64,000 nt of DNA, from the NCBI GenBank assembly GCA_964436275.1, contig CAYTBZ010000001.1, positions 33,980-97,979 on the forward strand. Direction: 5' to 3'. The stretch is from an uncultured Gammaproteobacteria bacterium. GTDB taxonomy: Bacteria; Patescibacteriota; Patescibacteriia; UBA2591; CAYTBZ01. A model generated the notes under the pieces. The model worked only from the letters and a program-made list of their open reading frames with translations, made no database searches and was not told the DNA's origin. Of this stretch, positions 41,656-49,152 are shown one piece after another; positions within the stretch are counted from its first letter, which is position 1; each line of letters begins with the position of its first letter. The position numbers and the translations under genes are program-made.

Positions 41656-42181
41656 CGCTCTTATTTAAAACTTTTTTAGCTATAATTTGAGAAATAAAAG
41701 CACTTAAAAATCCTACCATTAAACCAGCCAAAATATCAAGAGGATAATGTAATCCACAGAAAATACGAGCTAAACTAACCAATAAAGCAATAATAAAGGC
41801 AATAATGCCTAATTTCTTGTTAAAAAAGTAAATAGAAAAAGCTAAAGCAAAAGATAAAGCAGCATGGTCAGAAGGAAAAGATTTATCTAAAGAAGATTTC
41901 TCTATTAGTTGATTTACCTGATAAGAAACAAAAGGACGGGGACGAAAATAAAACAAAGAAATAAAATAATTGATAAACATTGCTAAGCATACTGAACCAG
42001 CCCCAGTTAAAATCATTAGTTTTGCTTTAACTTTTTTTGAATGAAAGTAATAAATTATCAAAATCGCCAAAGGTAAAATAAGAATCAAAAGTTGAGCGCA
42101 AAATATGCCTATTTTATCTAAAAAGCCATACTTCCCGGCTAAATTGTTTATAATTTTAAACAAAAGATAATCTAAGTCCAT
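41627..42181 (-). CDS. PAP2-family phosphatase (undecaprenyl-diphosphatase BcrC-like)
   Basis: RPRP, SFPSDHA, ARIFCGLHYPLDILAG. Confidence 0.88.
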   Translation of the reverse strand: MDLDYLLFKIINNLAGKYGFLDKIGIFCAQLLILILPLAILIIYYFHSKKVKAKLMILTGAGSVCLAMFINYFISLFYFRPRPFVSYQVNQLIEKSSLDKSFPSDHAALSFALAFSIYFFNKKLGIIAFIIALLVSLARIFCGLHYPLDILAGLMVGFLSAFISQIIAKKVLNKSDEQTSRPIN

Positions 42182-42189
42182 TCTTTTAT

Positions 42190-43011
42190 TTATTTCTGAC
42201 AATTTGGGCAAAAATAAGTCCCTCTTCCAGCTAAAACTATTTTTTTAATTTTTGCTCCACAACGATAACATTTCTCCCCCTCCCGACGATAAACCTTTAA
42301 AAAAGGAAGATATTTACCCTCTTCTCCATAAATATCTAAATAATCATCAACTGAACTTCCTTTCTTATCAATAGCCGCCCGCAAAATTTTAATCAAACAA
42401 TTATATAAATTTTTACTTTCTTGATTGGTTAAACTTCCAGCCAAACGATAGGGTAAAATTTTGGCACAAAAACAAGATTCTTGAGAATAAACATTGCCAA
42501 TTCCAGCAATAACTGACTGGTCCATCAACAAGGGCTTGATTTTTGACTTGGACCTTTCTTTTAAAATTTGCCTAAATTTCTCCAAAGTAAACTCTTTACT
42601 TAAAGGTTCTAAGCCAAACCCCATTTTCTGCCAAAAAGAAGTCAATTCTTGACTATCGAAAAGTTTAACATAGCCAAATTTCCGAACATCATTGAAATAA
42701 AGCAAACTTTTATCACTAAAATAAATTATTAAAGATGTATACTTTTCTTTTGTTTTTTGCTTTCGAAAAATTAATTGACCAGAAAGTTTTAGGTGAATAA
42801 CTAAATTTAAATTATTACTAAGTTTCAATAGTAGAACTTTAGCGCGACGCTTAATTTCCTCAATCTTTTTTCCCTTTATTCTTTTTCTAAATTCTTCAGG
42901 AGGTAAATTAATCGCTTTTGGATAAAGAATCTCTACATCAACAATTGTCTTACTAATGATTTCCTTGTTTAATTCTCTTTTAATTGTTTCCACTTCCGGT
43001 AGTTCGGGCAT
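42190..43011 (-). CDS. mutM: Formamidopyrimidine-DNA glycosylase
   Basis: MPELPEVET, GIGNVY, C-terminal zinc finger CYRC..RGTYFCPNCQ. Confidence 0.96.
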   Translation of the reverse strand: MPELPEVETIKRELNKEIISKTIVDVEILYPKAINLPPEEFRKRIKGKKIEEIKRRAKVLLLKLSNNLNLVIHLKLSGQLIFRKQKTKEKYTSLIIYFSDKSLLYFNDVRKFGYVKLFDSQELTSFWQKMGFGLEPLSKEFTLEKFRQILKERSKSKIKPLLMDQSVIAGIGNVYSQESCFCAKILPYRLAGSLTNQESKNLYNCLIKILRAAIDKKGSSVDDYLDIYGEEGKYLPFLKVYRREGEKCYRCGAKIKKIVLAGRGTYFCPNCQK

Positions 43012-43071
43012 ATATTAAAAAGTTAGAATCTTATTCTCTTTTTAATATTTATAAATAAAAATAGGTAGTTT

Positions 43072-43482
43072 TTAATTCAAGTGCTTTCTCAAAACCCTAA
43101 CCACTCGCTCAATAATCTCTTCAGGATCACATTCAGATTTAACTAAATAATCATCTACACCTAATTGAAATGCTTTTCTTTTGTCTTCTCCATGGGTAAG
43201 GTTGGTCATTATAATAATTGGAATATCTTTTGTTTTTTCGTTGTTTCTAATGATTTCTAAAAATTCAAAGCCATCCATCCTAGGTAAAATTAAATCCAGA
43301 AGAATCAAATCTGGTTTCTTCTTTTTAATCTTTTCTAATGCTTCTTTACCGTAAACTGCTGTTTCTACACTAGAAATCCCTGCCTCCTGAAGTTCATCTT
43401 TAAGAAATTTTACTAACATTTCATCGTCCTCAATTACTAAAACCTTTGCTTTTTTGATTTTTTCTTCTAATTCTTGCGCCAT
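43072..43482 (-). CDS. Single-domain response regulator
   Basis: IEDD, PDLILLDLILPRMDG, DDYLVK; no output domain. Confidence 0.92.
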   Translation of the reverse strand: MAQELEEKIKKAKVLVIEDDEMLVKFLKDELQEAGISSVETAVYGKEALEKIKKKKPDLILLDLILPRMDGFEFLEIIRNNEKTKDIPIIIMTNLTHGEDKRKAFQLGVDDYLVKSECDPEEIIERVVRVLRKHLN

Positions 43483-43491
43483 ATTTTTAAG

Positions 43492-45666
43492 TTAATTATC
43501 CTTAACTGGTAAAGTAAAATAAAAAGTTGAACCCTTACCTTTCCCTGGGGACTCAGCCCAGATTTTTCCGCCTTGCACCTCAATCAATCTTTTACAAATA
43601 TAAAGGCCTAAACCAGAGCCCCAAGGATTAACTTTATTATTTCTTAGACGAGAAAATTTCATAAATAATTTCTTCTTCTCTTCTGGACTAAAACCAATAC
43701 CTGTGTCTTTGACATAGACAAGAACCTCTTTTTTCTTTTCATCATACTTAAAGCCAACTGTTGCCCCTCCTTTTTCAATATATTTAATTGCATTGTCAAC
43801 AATATTTCTTAAAACTTCCCTTGTTTTCTCATAATCAAAATAAAATTCAGGAACTTCCTTTTTAGGTTTTTCAACCTTTAAATAAATACCCATTTTTTCA
43901 GCCAAAACTTTTAATTCGGATACCACATCATTGACTAACTCTTCTATATTCCCCTTCTCTTTCCGCACAGTAATTTTACCTGCTTCAATATGGGCAACAT
44001 CTAAAAAACTACCGATTAATTTTATTTGCCTTAAAGTCGCTTGATAGATATCATTAGCCACTTCTAATTGTTTTTTGTTTAATTTTCCATAATCGCCCCT
44101 TAAAAGTGCTTTAGCGTACCAACGTAAGATAGTCATTGGGGTTCTTAACTGATGCGAGACGATTCTTAAAAATTCTGACTTTGCCTGGTCTAATCTTTTT
44201 AATTCAGCATTAGCCGCTCTTAAATCTTTGGTTGCCTGGGCTACTTTTATTTTTAATTCTTCAGCAAAACGTTGTGTTTTTCTGAAGAGAAGGGCATTCT
44301 CAATAGAAATAGACGCCTGAAGAGCCAAGTTTTCCAAAAGACGAATATCTTGAACAGTAAAAGCATCACCAGATGCTTTTTCTCCTAAAAGAATCATCCC
44401 ATAAATTTCCCCTTTACTTACCAAAGGTAAAACCATGCTAATTTTTGACTTTGATAATATCTTTTTTAATTTTTCTTTCTCTTCTGGTGATAAAAGAATG
44501 ATTTCAATTTCCTGTAAAAGAATTGTCTGCTTTAACTTTTTTAAAAAGTAAAAAAGGGATTCTTTAAATGGAGAAATTACTAAACTGTCAGGTTTTTTCT
44601 TTAAAACTATTAAGTTTTCCTCACCCGGTTCTTTAACAATAACGCCAAACCTCTCAATATGTAGAGTTTCGTTAATTGTCTTATAAATTAAATTGACAAT
44701 ATCATCTAAATAAAATATCTTCGGCAGGGCTTGGGTTAATTCTTCAATCTTTCGACGGGTATCATATAAACTGGCAAAAAGATATTTATTGGCTAATTTT
44801 TCAAAAAATGATTTTATGGGAAAGAACACACTTATTGAAAGCAAAATTGCTACTGAATCAACTAAAAGCAAAAGCCCGGTTATCTTTTCACCCAAATATC
44901 GACTTACTAGCCAGACCAGTAAAACTCCCAATCCTCCAGCAACACCAAGCGAAAGCCCATAAACCGTTCCTCTTCTAACAACCACTCGAATATCAAAAAG
45001 CCGATAACGAGTAATGGCGTAGGCTAAGATGGTAACAAAAAACAATCCCGATAAAAAAGGAAAAGGAAGAATAGGGATTTCATAAGCAGGTAAATATCCT
45101 AAAGGGCCTATTAAAATTAGAATAAAGAAAGCCAAAAAGATATAATAAGATTGATTTTTCTTTATTGGCCCTGCTGATTTTTTATAATATCTGTATAAGT
45201 TAATAATAAATAGAATGAGATAGATAGAAAAGTAAATTAAAAATACATGATGAAACAATCTAGCCTTAGTATGTACCCCCCACTTATATCTGAATAATCC
45301 GCTTACAAAATAGTCAGTTCTACTAAGTATCAAAAAAAAGATAGACAATAAATATCCTAAAACTACACAAGATCTTTGTAGTTTCTCTCTGATTTTCTGA
45401 GTAAAAACTACTCCAAAGTGATAAAATAATGCGGGGATAAAAACAACGCTTCCGTAAATAAAACGGTCCCAAAAAATCGCGGATTCTCCAGCTGTGCTTC
45501 TAAACATTTTAAATGTGCCAAATAACCAATTACCTACCGCAATTGTTATGAAAAAGAAAATTAAATTGAGGGTCGTAACCTTCTTTCTGAAAAATACAAT
45601 AATACCAAGTGCAAAGACAAAAAGAGCACTTATTAAAGGAATAAGAGAGATTAAATATGTATTCAT
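43492..45666 (-). CDS. Sensor histidine kinase (N-terminal multi-TM region, GAF, HisKA, HATPase)
   Basis: SHQLRTP, NIVDNAIKY, DTGIG, GSGLGL, GKGSTF; GAF-like LPLVSKGEIYGMI..DIRLLE. Confidence 0.92.
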   Translation of the reverse strand: MNTYLISLIPLISALFVFALGIIVFFRKKVTTLNLIFFFITIAVGNWLFGTFKMFRSTAGESAIFWDRFIYGSVVFIPALFYHFGVVFTQKIREKLQRSCVVLGYLLSIFFLILSRTDYFVSGLFRYKWGVHTKARLFHHVFLIYFSIYLILFIINLYRYYKKSAGPIKKNQSYYIFLAFFILILIGPLGYLPAYEIPILPFPFLSGLFFVTILAYAITRYRLFDIRVVVRRGTVYGLSLGVAGGLGVLLVWLVSRYLGEKITGLLLLVDSVAILLSISVFFPIKSFFEKLANKYLFASLYDTRRKIEELTQALPKIFYLDDIVNLIYKTINETLHIERFGVIVKEPGEENLIVLKKKPDSLVISPFKESLFYFLKKLKQTILLQEIEIILLSPEEKEKLKKILSKSKISMVLPLVSKGEIYGMILLGEKASGDAFTVQDIRLLENLALQASISIENALLFRKTQRFAEELKIKVAQATKDLRAANAELKRLDQAKSEFLRIVSHQLRTPMTILRWYAKALLRGDYGKLNKKQLEVANDIYQATLRQIKLIGSFLDVAHIEAGKITVRKEKGNIEELVNDVVSELKVLAEKMGIYLKVEKPKKEVPEFYFDYEKTREVLRNIVDNAIKYIEKGGATVGFKYDEKKKEVLVYVKDTGIGFSPEEKKKLFMKFSRLRNNKVNPWGSGLGLYICKRLIEVQGGKIWAESPGKGKGSTFYFTLPVKDN

Positions 45667-45729
45667 AGAAATAAAATAATAACAATTTGTTTACATTATC
45701 TAGTATATCAATAGTAAACAAAAAATAAA

Positions 45730-45753
45730 AGAGGGGATTAATCAATCCCCTCT
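45730..45753 (-). terminator. Intrinsic terminator of the reductase-like gene
   Basis: AGAGGGGATT-N4-AATCCCCTCT followed by TTTTATTTTT on the minus strand. Confidence 0.8.
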
Positions 45754-45762
45754 GCCTATGTT

Positions 45763-46809
45763 CTATCTTTTCGTTATAGTAACTTTTTTGAAAAAGTCCA
45801 TATCAACTAACTTTCCAAAAGAGGTAAAAGGAGCATGAAGAAAACCATATTTCCTTCCTAGAACAAGAATCCTTTCCATATAAGAAATATCTATTTCTCC
45901 GATATGATCAGAATGATCATTTTCTAAACACTGAATTATTGCTTCCGCCCAACAAGAAAACGTTGTCCCTGACCGGACACCAGGTACTCTTACTCCTAAT
46001 TCTATATTGGGGATATTTACCATGGCTCCGTCAATTTTAAGTAAATTCGGTCTAATCTGACGAATTATTTCATAGCTAGCTTTTGAAAGATTAGGAGGCA
46101 CAGAAACTTCATAGACCACTACTCGTTTATCTTTGTTAATATAATCTGCTTTTATAAGTGAATCGGGGTGACTTGTTGCTGTTACAATAATATCTGCTGG
46201 ATATATATCGCTTAAAGAAACAGAGGCTTTTATTTTCGCTGCTCGAGGATAAGGTAAATTACTTATAAATCTCTGGAGTCGTGTTGGATTGTGCCCTATT
46301 AAAATTAAAGACACGTCTCTCTTACATAAAGACAAGGTCAGGGCTTTACCTATCAACCCATATGCTCCGACAATAGCTATGGTAAACTCTTCTAAAGAGG
46401 TGCCCATAGCTTCTGCAATTAAATCTAAACCCTCCAGGGAAACTCCGGCCGCATAACTATCTCCGTGGGTGATAGCAGCAGTAACGCCTTCTTGAATAAC
46501 AAGCCAACGTCCTTTATCAGTAATAGAAGAAGTTAATGAGGTTAAAGCAACAAACTCTACCCCTAAATAATTTTGGGCCCAGATTACAGCATCCAAAATA
46601 TCTTTTCTGACTTTCCTTATATTACCCGGTGACATCATATCTTTTCCGGTCACACCTAGTGTAATCACATAACCCTTAGCTCTATCAAAAATATTAAATT
46701 CACCCCATACTTTATATGCGGGAAGATTTCTTTTACTTTCGCACTCCGGAAATACGGCTGGTATATCTGATTTGTCTCTTAAATTTGTAATTATAGCTAC
46801 CTTTCTCAC
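45763..46809 (-). CDS. NAD(P)-dependent oxidoreductase, long-chain acyl-ACP reductase-like (COG5322-like)
   Basis: THGDSYAA, GAYGLIG Rossmann motif, ADIIVTATS, and FSCWAEA resembling the FACFAEA catalytic-Cys motif of acyl-ACP reductases; GTG start with AGGAGG. Confidence 0.7.
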   Translation of the reverse strand: MRKVAIITNLRDKSDIPAVFPECESKRNLPAYKVWGEFNIFDRAKGYVITLGVTGKDMMSPGNIRKVRKDILDAVIWAQNYLGVEFVALTSLTSSITDKGRWLVIQEGVTAAITHGDSYAAGVSLEGLDLIAEAMGTSLEEFTIAIVGAYGLIGKALTLSLCKRDVSLILIGHNPTRLQRFISNLPYPRAAKIKASVSLSDIYPADIIVTATSHPDSLIKADYINKDKRVVVYEVSVPPNLSKASYEIIRQIRPNLLKIDGAMVNIPNIELGVRVPGVRSGTTFSCWAEAIIQCLENDHSDHIGEIDISYMERILVLGRKYGFLHAPFTSFGKLVDMDFFKKVTITKR

Positions 46810-46894
46810 CTTTTCCTCCTTTTCTTATTTTCTCTTTCCTTAACTTAAAAAACTTAAAAAATAAAATACGCCCTCCTTTCTTTTTCCTCCTAAC

Positions 46895-46960
46895 TTTCAA
46901 AGAACAAAATTGTAAGGTTTCTTTTCTTTTAAAAATAGCATAATTTTTGTGTTTTGTCAA
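46895..46960 (-). promoter_or_regulatory. Promoter plus boxA-like motif of the reductase-like gene
   Basis: TTGACA (46960-46955), 17 bp, TATTTT with TGn; TTTGTTCTTTGAAA at 46908-46895. Confidence 0.65.
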
Positions 46961-47007
46961 TTTCCTGTACTAGAAGGGTACATAGGTAACACTTTTAGGT
47001 ATTAGGA

Positions 47008-47142
47008 TTGATGGGTCGCACCCGTCAAGCTTGATGGGTGCGACCCATCAAAACAGTGCGACCCATCAAAACATGTAAACCTTTAAATAATAAAGAAAAA
47101 CTTTATAATCTTGTTCATCTAAGAAAATTTTTCTCTTCTCTA
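47008..47142 (-). pseudogene. Fragment of a second RAYT allele including the internal REP palindrome
   Basis: Aligns to 48795-48922 with 4 substitutions, an 18-bp duplication and an 11-bp deletion. Confidence 0.9.
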
Positions 47143-47163
47143 AATGATGGGTCGCACCCATCA
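47008..47163. repeat. REP cluster 1 (four GGGTCGCACCC-type cores)
   Basis: Cores at 47013, 47036, 47056 and 47149, in TGATGGGT-CGC-ACCCATCA type hairpins. Confidence 0.85.
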
Positions 47164-47188
47164 AAAAAGACCGGGAAAATCCCGGTCT
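47163..47188 (-). terminator. Intrinsic terminator (copy 1)
   Basis: AGACCGGGA-N3-TCCCGGTCT then T-run on the minus strand; identical copy at 49115-49140. Confidence 0.85.
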
Positions 47189-47227
47189 AAAAAGAACTTA
47201 TTTCAGCCTCTCAACTTTGAGAAATTT

Positions 47228-48109
47228 TTATTCCTCCTCTATTCCACTGTCAAACTCAATTTTATACTTACTCATTTGGCTCAAGTCGTAATCAGTATAA
47301 ATATAACCTTCAAATGTCTTCGTCTGACCATTACTGAAATTAGAAATAATAATAAGTTCAGATTCAAGAAGATTATCATCCTCATCATAGACACTGATTC
47401 TGAAATGCGCTAAAAGATAATCCTTACCAGAGTTATTAGTCATTTCACCTATTACTTTAATATACCCTACTCCAGAGTCCTTAAAATGCACATTTTTATA
47501 AAAAAATCCTCCGGCTATACCCGTAGCTTCTTCCTCTGTGATCCCTCTTTTAAATCCTTTTGTCTTCTTCTGGATATCCCGAAACGTCTCTTCAGTTTTA
47601 TTAATCGTCTTCTTAAACTCTTCCCATCTATCCTTATCAAGTACTATGGTAACCTTTTGGGCATCTATTTTATTAACACTAACTATAGTTATGTAAGGAC
47701 CTTTGACTCCGACCTTCTTCTCAAATTCCTTTTCAAACCAAATACCAATAACCAAAAAAACATTTTCTCCTCTTATTCTATCTTCTACCGAACCAATGAT
47801 AAGAACTGAATCAGCGAGTTCCTGATAGTTCTCTTGAGTTTCCTGAAACGACTTATCTGTCTTACTAACTATCGTCTTAAGCTCTTCCCAACTATCCTTA
47901 TCCAAAAGTACAACAACTTTCTGGGAGTCAATATTATCAACATTAACTATACTTATAAAAGGACCAATCTTTTGTGCAAGGCCAGCAACCATACCTAAAT
48001 AATTCTCCTTTAGAACCATATCTTTCACTACTCCAGTAACGATAAGAGAATCAGGTTCAGCAATTAATGAGATAAATAAAAAGAGGAGAACTAATAAAAC
48101 CTTCTTCAC
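47228..48109 (-). CDS. Secreted protein with two ~75-80 aa repeats and a C-terminal FxLYD-like domain
   Basis: Signal peptide MKKVLLVLLFLFISLIA; repeats at aa 20-92 and 100-180; VIGEMTNNSGKD..ISVYDEDDNLL..GQTKTFE. Confidence 0.8.
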   Translation of the reverse strand: MKKVLLVLLFLFISLIAEPDSLIVTGVVKDMVLKENYLGMVAGLAQKIGPFISIVNVDNIDSQKVVVLLDKDSWEELKTIVSKTDKSFQETQENYQELADSVLIIGSVEDRIRGENVFLVIGIWFEKEFEKKVGVKGPYITIVSVNKIDAQKVTIVLDKDRWEEFKKTINKTEETFRDIQKKTKGFKRGITEEEATGIAGGFFYKNVHFKDSGVGYIKVIGEMTNNSGKDYLLAHFRISVYDEDDNLLESELIIISNFSNGQTKTFEGYIYTDYDLSQMSKYKIEFDSGIEEE

Positions 48110-48144
48110 TTTTTACCTCCTTTGTTTTTATTGTTTTTCATCCT

Positions 48145-48197
48145 TTTCAAAGAACAAATTTTTCCTTAAAACTAGCACATCTTAAGTATCTTGTCAA
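48145..48197 (-). promoter_or_regulatory. Promoter plus boxA-like motif of the FxLYD gene
   Basis: TTGACA (48197-48192), 17 bp, TAGTTT with TGn; TTTGTTCTTTGAAA at 48158-48145; SD AAGGAGGT. Confidence 0.65.
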
Positions 48198-48201
48198 ATT
48201 C

Positions 48202-48270
48202 TTCGTCAGGGTTTCGTCAGGGTCGCACCCTAAAAAACCAGGTCGCACCCTAAAAAACCGCGCCCTAAAA
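48202..48270. repeat. REP cluster 2 (downstream flank of RAYT)
   Basis: TTCGTCAGGGTTTCGTCAGGGT followed by tandem GGTCGCACCCTAAAAAACC units. Confidence 0.85.
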
Positions 48271-48281
48271 CACCTTAAAAG

Positions 48282-48989
48282 TCATTCTAAAGTCATTTCT
48301 TTTAAAATCTCTTTAGAATCAATAATATAGTTCTCAACAAACTCTTGATAAGAAGCAAAAGCTTTTATGTCTTTATCTCCGGTTGTTTTAAAATATTGGA
48401 GAATTTCTTCTGGATGAACCCAGGAAGTTTTTCGTTCGCCTATATAATCTGGATAACTTGAATAAGAATACTCAATTAGTTTCTTGGGATCTGATCCTTT
48501 TATTAACTCCAATGGGTTACAGTGGATATATCGGGAAAGATGAAGAAGATAACTTTCTTTATCAATCAAAACTGCTTTATAACGCCCTTGGAAAAGAGAA
48601 CTAACCCTTTCATATTTTTCATTAAAATATCTAACATAAGCATTTGCCAACCGTTTCATAAATTCTCTCATTGCTCTTTCATCAATCTGTTTTAACATAA
48701 AATGAAAATGGTTTGGCATTAAACAATACGCTAAAAGTTTAACCCTTTTATAAAGATCATAATCATTACCCAGTCGAAGTATATTAAATGGTATTTGATG
48801 GGTCGCACCCGTCAAGCTTGACGGGTGCGACCCATCAAAACATGGCTCACTAAGATAAACCTTTAAATAATAAAGAAAAACTTTATAATCCTGTTCGTCT
48901 AGGAAAATTTTTCTCTTCTCTACTCCACGATTATAAACGTGATAAATTCCTCCGCTTACATATTTTTTGACTGTATTTTTAGAAGGCAT
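48282..48989 (-). mobile_element. REP-associated tyrosine transposase (RAYT/TnpA-REP, Y1 HUH family)
   Basis: YHVYNRG, IF..EQDY, AYCLMPNHFH (HUH), LFQGRYK, YIHCNP (catalytic Tyr), YSYSSY; REP clusters on both sides. Confidence 0.92.
48794..48839. repeat. Perfect 46-bp palindrome (REP doublet) inside the RAYT coding sequence
   Basis: TTTGATGGGTCGCACCCGTCAAG|CTTGACGGGTGCGACCCATCAAA, translated in frame as FDGSHPSSLTGATHQ. Confidence 0.95.
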
Positions 48990-49049
48990 AAATAAATAAA
49001 AACAATAAAATAAAAATAGTTTACTTTATTATACCACAAAAAGTGTGCT

Positions 49050-49114
49050 TTCGTCAGGGTTTCGTCAGGGTGCGACCTAAAACCAGGTCGCACTAAAACC
49101 AGGTCGCACCCATC
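49050..49114. repeat. REP cluster 3 (upstream flank of RAYT)
   Basis: Same 22-bp TTCGTCAGGGTTTCGTCAGGGT, then cores at 49068, 49086 and 49102. Confidence 0.85.
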
Positions 49115-49140
49115 AAAAAAGACCGGGAAAATCCCGGTCT
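49115..49140 (-). terminator. Intrinsic terminator (copy 2)
   Basis: Identical to 47163-47188. Confidence 0.85.
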
Positions 49141-49152
49141 AAAGGGGCCTAT

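Noticed and set aside
46733-46960. 75-aa minus-strand ORF
   Set aside because: Its TTG is the -35 box; it spans the promoter and leader and overlaps the reductase out of frame
47144-47809. Plus-strand ORFs 47144-47413 and 47486-47809
   Set aside because: Antisense to the FxLYD gene; the first starts inside a REP and crosses a terminator
47008-49114. CRISPR array interpretation of the GGGTCGCACCC repeats
   Set aside because: Cores are about 11 bp, in both orientations and irregularly spaced, with no cas genes; they flank an HUH transposase and fit REPs better
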